The position numbers were made by a program, and so were the translations under genes. A stretch of 64,000 nucleotides of DNA, from positions 43,834,001 to 43,898,000 of the forward strand of contig CM059434.1 in the NCBI GenBank assembly GCA_030390025.1. Reading direction: 5' to 3'. How positions within the stretch are numbered: the stretch's first letter is position 1; each line of letters opens with the position of its first letter. Below the pieces are notes generated by a model. That model made no database searches. It was not told where the DNA came from and was given only the letters and a program-made list of their open reading frames with translations. This stretch comes from Squalus acanthias. Lineage: Eukaryota. Positions 1 to 12,772 of the stretch are shown here, piece by piece.

Positions 1-189
1 AAAAATAAAATGCAACTCTCTGGTTGGTTGACTGATGTAAATTTAACCTCAATTGAGGGCATTTGTGACCCACATTCCAACATCCCTTCAATTTGTCAGC
101 TTCAACATTACTGCTTTCATTTTTTTAAAGTTGCAAATATCAGGATTTTTTTTTTAAAGCTCAACACCTTATTGTACAGGACAACACCC

Positions 190-500
190 AAGAGTAGGAG
201 AGAAGATAAGTTCAATCAAGAAGCAATGATCAGGCGACACCAAACTTTGGTTTTAAAAGCCTATAGATTATAGGAAGGGAAGGCTGAGGGGGTAAGAAGT
301 TGCAGTTTTGAGGGAAAGAATGAATTAAGAGAAAGAGATGGCGCAATGAGTTTTGATTTCAACACGCTAAGGATGTAGTGGAGGAAGAATGGAACTGAAG
401 AGGAACAAAGACAGGAAAGTTCAGATGAGCAATGACCACAGTAGTATCCATAAAATGGAGAGAGCAAAGAAAGGCTATGTGAGAGAGAGTTAGATTGAGA
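190..500 (-). mobile_element. Highly decayed 3' ORF2 fragment of an ancient CR1/Jockey-group LINE
   Basis: Minus-strand remnant LSPFYGYYCGHCSSELS...NSFFPS...SAFPSYNL(*)AFK resembles the LSLFYRYYxGxCSxEL...SFFP...YxLxxFK C-terminus of such LINEs; a related copy lies at about 63170-63430. Confidence 0.55.
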
Positions 501-3178
501 TTGAGATTGGAGGCAAGAGTCTAGAAAGGGTCAGCTATCCGACAACAAGTCAATGTGCAACTTTATCATTGCAAGTCCATCCACTTTTTGGTGGCCTTAC
601 TATTGTCATACTGATGCACATTAATTAGTTTTATACTACAATTTTGGTGTTGGATTAGTGGCCACAAGGCCATTAATGCCTAAATTCCAGTATAAAAGCA
701 GCTTTGCTCTTTTTCTGTCCCTGACAAACTTTATCCATCTATGTTTCTTCCCTCCTGTAGCTAATCAAGGCAGCAAATGGTCCACTAGCTCTAGGATTCC
801 CAACCAAAGGGTTACAGTTCAAATCTTAGCCTTCACAGACACTGAAAATCACCTGCAAGTTTCAGCAGTCCTTGACCAGGTTGTGAGATGCTAACTGTAT
901 GATATGGCCAGTGTCAGTGCACAGTACATTGCTGGCTGCCCAGAGAATCAGTCTATCCTGCCCTGACAGTAAGAGAAGTACATGGCTGGACTTTTGCATC
1001 CTGCCAACTAAATTGAAGTATGAAATGTAGTGAAACCTAACATAGGGTAAATGTTGGCACAGGTAATTATAATTACAATGAAAATCTGCTGAGATTGTAA
1101 TAGGATGAAGTTATGATTTACAGCAAATTGTGAATTTCTCAGTATTGCTCTCCTGTGACAATGCTATTCATATTATGATCCTGAGGCAAGCTGTGGCCCA
1201 CTTCCCTGTCACCCATGACCCTCGGCAGACTTACAGCTCCATGCGTCTCTAGGTCTTCATCTCACTTGACTATGAGATGCTGCTTGAACTGGAATTTAGC
1301 ACTGCTCCCTATCTTTGATTTGCCCTCTGATTTTGCCTCCCTTTGTGGGGCAAACTAGTGTTCCTTCCCCTCACAACCTGCACTTCCTGCTCAACAGCAC
1401 CAGCTGACATTGGTAACTTACTCTGTTGGATAATTCCGGCCCACACAGCTTTTAAAGCTTCTTTGGGAAAAAATATCGTTTCTGTTTTAACTGGCATTAA
1501 ATCGGTGGACTCATTGAGAGTGCCCAAAAGGATGCCTACCTTAAATGGGAAGTAGAAATGTCACAATGGTACAAAAGGAGGTCGCCTTAAAGATTGGAGG
1601 TTAAGGTGCATTGCTAGGGATGTCCACAATTACCTTTTCTTTGACTCTAACTGTGCTGTACCTGACCTGGGAGCGTCTGATGCTGCTACTGGGTGTAAAT
1701 AGTGAAGAATAGAAACAAAAAAATCCATTCCTCAGCACTGACGCACTTCACCACAATTAACACCGGCAAAAAAACCATGAAACAAAACATCTTCAGTGAT
1801 TTTGCCTGACTAAATGATATGAGATAAGAGTAGAGATCGATAAAGCCCCATTTAGGGGTAAACATACAAATAAACAGTGCTCAGGACTTCTTTCCCTCCG
1901 AGTATAAGACAACCATTTTAGCTTCTGTCAGATAGAGAGGCTGACAAATATCAGTAAATCTAAATATTCCTTTAAACAGCTACATATTTCCACTTTGGCC
2001 ATTTCTTGGCACCGCGTGAGGTTCTCTATTTAAGAGAGAGCTAACAATGTCGATGTGACAGGGGTGCATTTGATCGCTCTGCTGGCCAGAGGTAACCCAG
2101 TGATACTAGTATGACAGACAGCAGTGTCTGATCAACACATCTGATGGGTTGTGATGTCTCCACTTCAGAGGGAGCCTGGTCGGCACTTAGCATTTGCTTT
2201 GCTGCTGCTTTGTTTTTGATTCAGTCTATTTTCAAATGCCACAAGTAGCATCTATGAAGGGCAGCAAAAGTCAACAAAAAAATAAACAGGAACCACTGAA
2301 GAAAGGGATGATCAAATCGAAGGTCTGCCAAGATAAAAGCCTCTTTGTGACGAGTGGCAATAGGGTCCTATTTCCGCCCCCCACCCCACCCCACCCCGCT
2401 GCTCTTATTTTTCACCTAATTCCAATCTGAGTTGGAAGCACATCGTTTATAAAATAAGCTTTCGTTCCTCTTTGAAAAGTCTCAAGTGAATAATAAAGAT
2501 AAAAGATTTGAGTGTAAAAACATCACAAAGAGCTGTATTATTTTATCTCCCTTTTAGTCAGGACAGCTGAACCATTATGACTAATTTCATTGACTTTTAA
2601 AAAAAAAGAAACGAACACTGGAATTCCTTTGTTGCAGCATCAGTTGGCTATTGTCAAGGCTCCCATATGCTGCTACCCCATACCCAGTAAATTAAGATTT
2701 TATAAATGCTGCAATTGTGCTTCATTACGATGCATGGCAGGCGGTAAAATAACTGGCATGCCTAGAGTGCAAAGCGTTCAGGCTGACCACTTAAGCGGGC
2801 TGGTCGTATAGAGAAGGTGTGCCCTGAAAATGCTTGTCAAGCTTCAAACAATACACAATAATTGCAAATGAGGGCAACCTTTCCTCTCCCCTTCCCTTCT
2901 TCCTGCTGTCTAACAAAGAGCTGTGTGGGGCGGGGAGGGGGGGGGTGGGGGGGGAAGAAACATAAAACCAATTTCACTTGAACAAAACAGCCAGAACCTT
3001 CTTACGAAGGCAAGGTTTAACAAGCGAAAGAAAATGTCAAATTGAAGAGAAACAGCTTGTTTAATGGCAGTGCTTCCAAGGTCACTGTAATAGCTGTTGT
3101 TGCTGAATATTCTCTAGGACAGTAACAATCCCAATCCCACCTGCTTTCATTGGTTAATGCATTTGCTTGATGTTCGTT

Positions 3179-3269
3179 ATGTGCTATTTTAATGCAGTCT
3201 TTAACCCATTTATTTGAAGTGGGTTAAATTTATTTGAAATGGGTTAAAAACTGCATTAAAGTAACATGC
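3179..3269. repeat. AT-rich inverted repeat (MITE core) with an internal 20-bp tandem duplication
   Basis: Arms gctattttaatgcagtctttaacccattt and aaatgggttaaaaactgcattaaagtaac; ATTTATTTGAARTGGGTTAA at 3208-3227 and 3228-3247; similar core inside the MITE at 48216-48382. Confidence 0.7.
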
Positions 3270-3469
3270 ACGGGAATTAATGCAAACATCTTAACCAGTG
3301 CCTTACCAGGGAAAATTATACCCTCCCAAGTATTCATCAGCAATAAAATGAAGCGGGGTGGCTCCAAACTATCAATTTCTAAATTATTGATTGCTGTCCT
3401 GGCACAGTAATACAATTTATACTTGCAACTAGTTACAAGTGAGGGAATTCATTGTAACGTCTTTTGGAA

Positions 3470-3760
3470 GCCCGGCCTAGAGAGGGAAAAAAATAATTCA
3501 GCCCGGCTTTTTGGCCCCGATTTGGCCTCCAGTGACATCTGTTGAAAAGTGCATGAGTGAGGATGTCAGGTGAGGATAGGATCAGCTGTGCTGCCCTTCA
3601 TGATCAAGCAGCCAGTCGACACTCATCATCAAGGTCCACACCTGAAAATAGCCACTTGGACCAGGGCGAGAAGGTTACTGCTGCCCGTTTGTGGGCAGGT
3701 GGGTGGGGGGGGGCAAGAGTCAGTACCTTCAGGAAAGGTGAGGAGAATATTGCAGGGAGA
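3470..3760 (+). mobile_element. Old tRNA-headed SINE family A, body and 3' part
   Basis: Shares the blocks cagtgac...gaaaagtg...gtgaggataggatc...gccacttgg...ccttcagga with many other copies in the window. Confidence 0.65.
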
Positions 3761-3868
3761 GGGGGGTGGAGAGGGAAGGGAGTTCCAGAAACTTACTTCA
3801 AAACAAAATTAAAAGAGGACTGGATCTGAAATCGATCACCAGCAACATGACTGCTTAAATAAAGCAAT

Positions 3869-4089
3869 CATGATGCGGAGATGCCGGTGTTGGACTGGGG
3901 TGGACAAAAATGAGAAGTTGCACAACACCAGGTTATAGTCCAACAGTTTTATTTGAAATCACAAGCTTTCGGAGCTATCGATCGCCCCTTCCTCAGGTCA
4001 CCTGAGGAAGGGGCGATCGATAGCTCCGAAAGCTTGTGATTTCAAATAAAACTGTTGGACTATAACCTGGTGTTGTGCGACTTCTCATT
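3869..4089. mobile_element. Penelope-type terminal-repeat insertion forming a long palindrome, with 14-bp TSD
   Basis: TTAAATAAAGCAAT at 3855-3868 and 4090-4103; 92-bp arms 3907-3998 and 4000-4091 with one mismatch; contains a CTGAGGA...GAAA hammerhead-like core. Confidence 0.8.
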
Positions 4090-5659
4090 TTAAATAAAGC
4101 AATAAAGCGGTTGTAATATAATGCCACCGTGAGCCCTTGTGCTGAATTGGAAGACAGTTAGAGACACTAAAACCCCCAGTGACAGCCGAGTGGTTCAGAT
4201 TCTCCAATGATCCTCAAATCTGCTCCTCTGAATACTCGTCTGTACATCAATCCCCGCCATCATCAGCGCCATAGTGCCTCTAAAAATGCCTCGTCTTGGA
4301 ACTCCAATGGGATTTGAGGTGTCCTGCCCTCCAACACTTTTCATTAGCATAATTGAATCTCCATTAATTGATTAATTTCCCATTCCTATCAGCATTAACT
4401 GTCAGGTATGTTAAATATTGTTTAGTGGTTATTTTTAATGCTCTACTTGTAATTATTTATCATTTTTTTTGAGCTCTTATGGTTGCCATCACTATTTCTG
4501 GTGATAGTGTAAAAATAAAACTTGTAAGTGATTTTGCTACAAATAGCACACAAAGGAATTATTTTCCTTTTTTTTATATATATGTGCATTGACTGCTCTT
4601 CTGTTTGACCGATATTCAGGGTTAGTTAATAATTAAATCTGTGGCAACTATCCCACTGCTGAGTTCTTTTAGATGCCATTTTTTGTTTTGATTTTAATGT
4701 CAAAACCCTGTCTTACCCTGGGGGAGAAGGTATAGCAGCATGTAAAATAAGAGGCTAAGCAGTGCACACCTTGCTCTAGTTTGCTTCTAGCTTCGTGGCT
4801 TGGAGCACTTCCAGATCATGTCTTTTTTGCTTTGTGGTTTTGTATGTGAGATACCATCTCCTGATTCATCACTCTGCTTGATTGACAAACAGAGTCAGGT
4901 ATGAATACACACAGTTAACCTGACTGTCGTATGTCTCTGGCAAAGAAACCTTCAGCTACACTAAAACCAAAAGAGACACACTTCACCCTTTAATTGCTGC
5001 ATCTAACTCTTGCTTTTAGACTAATAATGGACAGAGGAAGAGGATTATTAAAAACATATTCTGTGGACATAGACAAGAGATTAGTTCCTCCCGCCTCTCC
5101 CCATGTCATGTGACCTAGCCAAATTGACAGCACAGCTCCCAGGCCTTCACCAGTGTTGCTCTATAACCAGAAGCCAGCAGCTGCTCAGGTGTAATGTAGG
5201 GTTGACTTGATCTCTGATTGTAATTGTTGCCAGTAAGCATAAGCCGCTGGTTTGGAACTGGCAGTGGGATTACAGGTCTGCTGCAAATTTGTCTGATAAT
5301 GCTGTACTTTCAGGCGTTCTTTTGCCCTTTAGCATCAGGTACTTCCCGTATCCTGGGTCTCCCACCTTAACCACGCACCTGCCAAGAAGGTAAATGAGCA
5401 GGTAGCTTACTTCATAAGTCTCAAACAATGCTGTTCTATAACTGGCTGTAAAGAGACGTGACAGAGCAGCTTGGGTTTTCCCAGCTTCCCCATGGGAAAG
5501 CACTTAGTCTCTACTCAGTGTCTGTCCATGCCTGCATGACTGATACTCTGGAACTCACTGTGTGATGGATGATGGCTGTGGACCCACGGCCTCCATGGTA
5601 CTTTCACTTGTTCAGTCTCTACCTAAAGTTGTTTGTATAAACTTTCTCTGGTGGCACTG

Positions 5660-5920
5660 CTAGTTAGTGTACTACTCAGTGTGGAACTGACTCATACAGA
5701 ATGTTCCAGGTTCGATCCCTGGCTTGTCTTGAGTGATCTCACCCGAGGTGGCAGTAATTGATCTTAGATATTTGAAATCAGCCAGGGTTCCGTTCCTGAT
5801 CACTGGAAAGTGCATAAGCATGGACGTGGGTAAGTACAGTAGCCCAGTGCCTGCCAATACTCACTGTCTAGGTTCACACATGATAAATGACCTGTGGGTG
5901 AGGAAGTTACAGGAGGGCAG
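5660..5920 (+). mobile_element. Old tRNA-headed SINE family A
   Basis: B-box-like ggttcgatccc followed by the family body (aatcagccagggttcc...actcactgtctaggttcacacatga). Confidence 0.65.
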
Positions 5921-6104
5921 CTAGTTCTTATTGAATCATACCTTAGCATGTCAGTGAAATCAATAAAGGAATAGAAGATGAAAACTGAAGGAGAATGAAA
6001 GTAGAAATTCTGCACTGTTTCTTAAATTGGATACCAATTGGGAAAATTCAGGGGGAGAAAAATTAAGGAACCATAAATTTCTTCCCCTCCCCCAACTCAT
6101 CACG

Positions 6105-6260
6105 CATGGCACGCCTGCCTCTGAGTCAGAGGCTATGGGTTACAGTCCAACTCCAAGTTTGAGCACATTATCCAGACTGGCACTGCAGTGCAATACTGAG
6201 GGAGTGCTGCAATGTCACAGGATCTATCCTATGGATGTGACATTAGGCCAAGTCTGTCCA
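6105..6260 (+). mobile_element. DeuSINE (SacSINE1/AmnSINE1-like) 5' fragment
   Basis: gcctctgagtcagag...ttgagcac...cagtgcaatactgagggagtgctgca matches the recalled DeuSINE head and core. Confidence 0.7.
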
Positions 6261-6609
6261 CACTTGCTGAAAACCCCCCCACCTGAATACTGAGGTATTA
6301 TAAAGGACCTGTGTAATCATACTCAAGTAAAGGAGTTAGTGCCTTCAGGAGGGGTAAAGGTCAAAATAGACAGAGAAATAAAGCCCGGGATAAACATAGC
6401 ATAAAAGCACAGGAGATAGAGAAATGCAAAATCAGACAGAAACAAAAGCAGAGAAAAAATGATAGAGACAGATCAAATCAAATAGGTGCAATTTGGAGGT
6501 AAGTTTTATATATCCATAAAGTTCCTATTCTTGTTTTCCCCACATTTTTTGTTCTATAATGTTTCTTTTCTGATACTTTTTTTTCCCAATTTTCTCTCTG
6601 AACCCCACC

Positions 6610-6850
6610 ATTTGAGGGGCTGATTGGCCTTCTCCTGTTCCTAGGTTCCTAATTATAATGCCATTTCTGCTACCCCAGTTGAAATCAAATAACTGCATGG
6701 TTGAATAGCTTGCTGATGATGATTGTCTGGGCTCACACATAAAGAATGGCCACTTTGGCAAAAGTAACAGTGGGTTACCAGATCTCATTGAACCATCCCC
6801 CAGCAACAGTAAGTGCCTTCAGGAGAGAGCAGAGAAAAATCTGAGGAGAA
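6610..6850 (+). mobile_element. Old SINE family A, 3' part
   Basis: gttgaatagc...ggctcacacataaagaatggccactttgg...gccttcaggagag. Confidence 0.6.
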
Positions 6851-7839
6851 AAAGATGTGCATTCTAATTGTCTTTTCAATACTCTGCATTGTACACGCTG
6901 AAATATACTGAATTTGTGAGTTAATTTGCTCATACAGTAGCTTGGACTCCCTAGCAGTAGCTTTTCTATTTGTAGTAGTGTGGTTAACTGTAAGTCAATG
7001 TATAAGGACTATCAGGTTAAATCAATCATAGTTAATCTGTTAATTGCTTGACAATAAGCTCATTGCCTCAGGCATCCCACAAAGTGAAATGTTAAATTGA
7101 AAGATACAATTATTTAAAAAATCATGAGGTCATTTCAATTAGGCTATTTAGTGGTATTAAGGAAATATATAAATAGGAATATCTGTACAAATTAATTATA
7201 TCCAATTTGAAAAGAACAGTCTTAATCTTCAGAATACAATTTCTTATGTCTTGTTTATGTTGGGTCTGTCATTTACACCATGACCATTGAATTTGGTCAG
7301 TGTAAATTTTCTTCTCCCTCATTGGTTAAAGGTCTGTATTTTCTCCTCTCTAATTGGTTATTTTCTACTTTAATTATTCACCATGCAAAGCCTTTCTCAC
7401 CAATCATATTTCAGTAAAAGAAAGCTTCTGACAAATCATACTGCAACAAAAATCTTATCCTGAGGTACAAGCACTCACCCTCCACTATATAAACCTTAAA
7501 ATTAAATATCATAAACACATAAAAAAATAAGCAATTCAGAAAAACAGGACATAAACTTATCCATTCCACTTTGTAATTGCTCCAGCAATTCCCTCTCCTT
7601 CTCCACACATGTCCAAGGCACCCACCAGCCTCATTAACATTCTCAACTTTGTGTTTGCACTCTCTCAATACTTCGCAGCCCAGTCCTTCCAAGTGAGGCC
7701 CAACATTCTGAGCCAAACAACCACACTCTCAATTCCCCATGGGCCTCCACATTGCTGAGCCTTCATCACATTGCATGGACAAGGAGCTTCATTGTACTGT
7801 AAGGCTGGACTCGCATGGCCAAAAAGCCAGAGTCAGAGT

Positions 7840-8390
7840 TCTGGGAGGGTTGTAGGGCTAGAGGAGGTTACAGAGATATGGAAGGGCAGGACATGAAGGG
7901 ATTTAAACATGAGGATGAGAATTTTAAATTGGAGGGGAGCCAATGTAGGTCAGCATGGACAGGGGTTTTGGGTGATTGGGACTTGGTACGGGTTAGGACA
8001 CAGGCTGTGGATGATGGGAGGCCATCCAGGAAAGCATTAGATTAGTCAAGTTTGAAGGTGACAAAGGCATGGATGAAGTTTTCAGCAGCAGTTTGGCTGA
8101 GGCAGTGACGGAGGCAGGTAATGTTATGGAGGGGTAAGTAGGTGGTCTTAGTGATGGAGAGGATATGGGGTCAGAAGCTGAACTCAGTTGAATAGGATGC
8201 TGAGGATGGGAACAGCCTGTTTCAACCTGAGACAGTGGCCAGGTAGGAGAATGGAATTGGTGGCAAGGGTACAGAGCTTGTGGGTACAGACTGAAGATGA
8301 TGGATTTGGTCTTCTCAATGTTTAACTGAAGGAAATTGCAGCTCATCCACGACGAGATGACGGTCAAGCAGTCTGACAACAAAGAGGCAG
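7840..8390 (-). mobile_element. L2-type LINE 3' fragment (decayed)
   Basis: LSDCLTVISSWMSCNFLQLNIEKT motif typical of L2 ORF2, followed by frameshifts. Confidence 0.75.
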
Positions 8391-8790
8391 TGTACATGTA
8401 CACCACGTCAACTGCATTGCTCTCATCAACCTTCTCTGTTACCTCATCAAAAAACTCGATCAAGTTGGTTAAACATGATTTGCCTTTAACAAATCCGTGC
8501 TGGCTTTCCTTAATTAATCCACACTTGTCCAAGTGACTGTTCATTTTGTCCCTGATTATTGTTTCTAAAAGCTTCCCCACTACCGAGGTTAAACTGACCG
8601 GCCTATAGTTGCTGGGTTTATCTTTACACCCTTTTTTGAACAAGGGTGTAACATTTGCAATTCCCCAGTCCTCTGGCACCACCCCCGTTTCTAAGGAGGA
8701 TTGGAAGATTATGGCAAGCACCTCCGTGATTTCTTCCTTCAATTCCCTCAGCATCCTAGGATGCATCCCATCCGGCCCTGGTGACTTATA
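8391..8790 (-). mobile_element. CR1 LINE reverse-transcriptase fragment
   Basis: HPRMLRELKEEI...VPEDW...NYRPVSLTSVVGKLLE...QHGFVKGKSCLTNLIEFF...VDVVYM. Confidence 0.92.
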
Positions 8791-11700
8791 TTTTTTAAAG
8801 AAAATTCTTAAGGAAATGCTACTTTGGTTGAAATAAATTGAAATTATTCAAACAAAAATATCTCATCTAGCACATGGCTCTGTGACAGTACAATTTACTA
8901 CATCATATATAGGCCTGTTCCCAGTTTGTCTCCCGTGGTTCCCTTATGCTTTGTTCCCACTAGGAAATTTTGATCCAAAAACAAAAGCAGGAACGAAGAA
9001 AGCAGACATCAGGAAGACCTTTGTTTTGCTCTAACCTAGCGGGGTTCACAGATGCTAAGCCTGGTGATATTGCTGCAGTTTTACTGACACTTATTTTCCT
9101 TGATTTCTAACCCAAAATAAAGAAAACAAAATCTGTCCTGCATCATTCTCCTGAGTGACGGGTATCAAATCGAGCACAACAAAGTTTCAACCTCAGCTGA
9201 GGTAGTTCACCTGATTCACATCAAAGGAGAAAAAGGGAAGAATTGGGGGGAAAGGTAAACATGAAAGGAAGAATTTATTTTCCAAACTAAAATATATTGT
9301 GCTTGATCTTCAACTAGTAAAATGGCTACATTACTTCCGCATCTTAGGGACAAAACTTGCAGAATGCATAGAAAGCTCTCTGTAGCGCAAGGTGGCCTGT
9401 GGTACATTACATTTATGCATTGTGCAACTCTGCCCTAGGGCAGTTTACCATCCCTCCACATAGGGTTTAGAGTACAGCAATTTCTCAATTTCAGTCAGAT
9501 CATCAGGGTCAGGAACTGGGGTGGGGTGGGTAGGGAAGGGAGAAACTGGAAGAAGAGTCAACCTGAGCTGCTTCTATGTATTTTCATGACCAGCTCAATA
9601 GTGACAGAGGTTCAAGACCAGATACTCCACACACCCTCTCAGTCAGGGAATGGTTCACATAGAGGGGCCTGAACAGTTGAGAAAATAACTCCTTAAATGT
9701 ATCTAGAAGAGGCAAAATTACTGCTATCCATCTCACAACTGAGTATATATTGTCTTTGTAGAGTTGAGTGTGGGAGAGACTTAAAGAGACCAACTTTATA
9801 AAATCAATTAACCCTTTCCTGCAGAAAAGAGCAAGTACAGACATGATGGGCCAAGTGGCCTCCTTCTGTGCTGTAAACTTCTATAATTTGATGGTTGTAA
9901 ACTTCTCTGATAGTGGCAACGTTTTTGTAAAAAGTTACAATTTTTAAAAATCAAGACACTGTATTGTGTTCCAAGCCCCATACAGCTTAAATGAGGCTAG
10001 CAAGAAAATTATCTGAGGGGCCATTAAAACAAAGCGGAGTATGAAATTTCTATCTCACACCATAAAAGATAAATCCTCTGAGGTGCTGACATGCTATTGA
10101 CCCATGAGGTTGATCTTGACCTCCCTGACCCATTGCCAAACGCTGTGCCATAAACCACAACTCACATTTATTTCAGGAGATATTACCCATCATGACAGTC
10201 TAGGTCTCTGGATAGTTCTCATTCAATGCTCTAAAATTCAGCGCTGGGCATACATGGATGATAATATTTGCAAATAACGCTGATGGAAAAACTGTTCAGT
10301 CTTCCCTTCATTCTACATTCTACAATCCACAGGTTTTCAAAACCCAAGCTTGATATCACTTTCCCACAATTTCTTGATTTACATCACCTTCTGTCCTATT
10401 CTTTTCAACCTTGGTGATATCCTGCCCTATGGATCCTGGCCCTTCAACCTATGCTTCACATTAAAACAAAAATCTTGTGCTTTGAAAGCTGCAGACACAA
10501 TGGAATCATTTACAGACAACGAAGATCAAAGAAGCAAAATGACATTGAAAACTCTGCTCACTAAATGCAGCTCCTGCACTATGGAACACATTTCAAGAAA
10601 ATGTGGAATTCCATTTGCAGCTTGTGACTGAATGGCATAATATCGCTTTGTAGTGCAGTGGCAGTGAATTTCTGATTGCTTATTTGCCATTGTTTAGTCC
10701 AGAAACTGTGGTTCCAGTCATAAAGCACTTAAATTCCTGTCCATGCAGTGATTGACTTTTATTTTTATACATGTATACATATATTTTTTTAACGGTATCT
10801 ATTACATTAAAAACCTATAAATACAGATGTTTTTTCCATTGGAGATTAAATAATTGGAGATGTAAAATAGGCCGTCGACTCGCTATCACCCATTTTGCAC
10901 TATTGCACAAAGTCAAGATTTACCCCACTCACTTGTAGTATTCACTTTTCAAAACCTGGATTCTGGTTAGGTGAACTATCTTTTTTTTCATTGCACTCCA
11001 CCTATGCTGCTTACAATCCACGACACATACAGTTACATTCTACACTTTACGTGAGGATCCCTGTTAAACACTCCTGACAAGCAAATAAAATGTTGCGCTG
11101 AACAGGTTGTTCGCTTACAGAAGCCGAGTGTGTTTTATTGTTTGTTGTCTAGCTCTCTTTCTCTCTCCCCGCACAGCACATCAGGAAGAATTCTGCTATC
11201 TGTGGAGACAGCAGGGTATTAATGCTGTCTTGCTGGCATGCTGCCCGGGGATGCTCCTTCTCACAGTGGCACTGCCACAGAGTACGAACCTTGGGCAGTT
11301 CTAGAGGGAGAGCGAGCTCATGTTATCTTCCACTAGCACAGCCTCTTTCCTCCAAAGTAAACAACTCCCACTAACAGCTATGCAAAGTGCCATTGCTCAC
11401 AAAGGTTCCAAGAGGCCTGGGAATTATGACAAACCCCTATTCAGAGCTCATTCAATTTTGCTTACAGCTATATTCCAGTCTAATTAAAACCTTTTAATAA
11501 ACACATCTCCTGAACTGTTCTCCCAGTTGATTATCATTCTGGTGTCACTGGACTAAATCTAAATTTATAAAGGAAAAGGTCAAAAAGATTTTTTTTAATG
11601 AATTAATTCAGGAAGGTCACTGGTCTTGGAAAATTATTTTGGATTCCTGTTTCTGATTTGTCCAATTTTAGCATGGTATTATTCCTCAAAGGGCTGACAA

Positions 11701-12143
11701 CTTCAAGCATTAGAAGTTCCAATTCTATTTACATCACTATGAGATATGCTGTGGCTTTATTCTCCCTCAGTATCTATATTAAAGCTCAGGGAAAAAGCAT
11801 TGTACTAAACATATACTTGCAGTTCCAAGACATAATTCTGCCTTCGAACTACTTCACCAGTGCTATCCCCTGATGCTCTTTGTATAATGTTTGTTTACTG
11901 TTCACTGGCTTTGTTTCTGCTTACTGCAGTGAGGCTTGACAAAACTGTCCTTGATCTTAGGCTATGGGCCCATACTCTTTTTATAAAGTAGTCTCACTTA
12001 TGCTAAGGACTGTGCCTTGTGCAACTCCAAATGGTCTTCTTAATAATAATCATTAACACAGGTGAAATCACTTTATAGACCATATTGAGCAGTTGTGTGC
12101 ATGCTATAGAGCATCATTAAGAACATTCACCATTCAGACTCAA

Positions 12144-12772
12144 GGGATGATTTTAACCCGGCCCACCGGCAGAAACCGGGCAGGCGGCAGTTAAAACCGG
12201 CCGGGAGACTTGCTCATCGACACCCTGCTCCGATCCCACATCCTGGGATTTTAACCTGCTCTTTAACCCGATCTGCATATTTAAAGAAGGACTCCACCTG
12301 AAAGCACTGGAGTCCTCCTTTAAATATGCAGATCAGCCTCCGATGATATCATCAGGGCCCGACTGCTATTTTATCTGCCGAGTGTAGAAGCCATTGTGGC
12401 TTTCCTGCCAGGTAAAGACAGTGGGAAGAGGAGCCGAGGCAAGAAGAGGTTTTTTTTTTACATTCCTGTGGGACAGGAGAAACTGGGGCCACACAAGGAA
12501 AGTTTAGGCCTCCCTTGCTCTTCTCAAAAATCCGTTCCCACACTGGGGACCATTCCTTCGGTCCTTGCTGCCTGAAAATCCAACCCCCCCGCCACTCCCC
12601 CGCTGGCCAGCTGCTGTTTCCCACCAGTTTCAGGTGGGCAACTGACACGGGGGCATGCAGATGAGGCCCAGGCATTAAAAACACACTAGCCTCAAAGTGC
12701 CCAAGTTAGAGGGGTTTTGCGCTCACCTCGGTTCCCTCCCGTCCAATTCCCACTCCACATTAAAATCGAGCC
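12144..12772. mobile_element. Non-autonomous DNA transposon (MITE) with internal hairpin
   Basis: Imperfect TIRs gggatgattttaa and ttaaaatcgagcc; internal 27-bp inverted repeat 12270-12296 / 12308-12334. Confidence 0.65.

Noticed and set aside
5270-5503. Minus ORF containing KGKRTPES, reminiscent of the next SOX6 exon (KGTPESLAEKERQL)
   Set aside because: No similarity beyond TPES, no coiled-coil sequence and no fitting acceptor.
7993-8766. 257-aa ORF as a gene
   Set aside because: Chance in-frame fusion of a CR1 fragment and an L2 fragment at about 8390.
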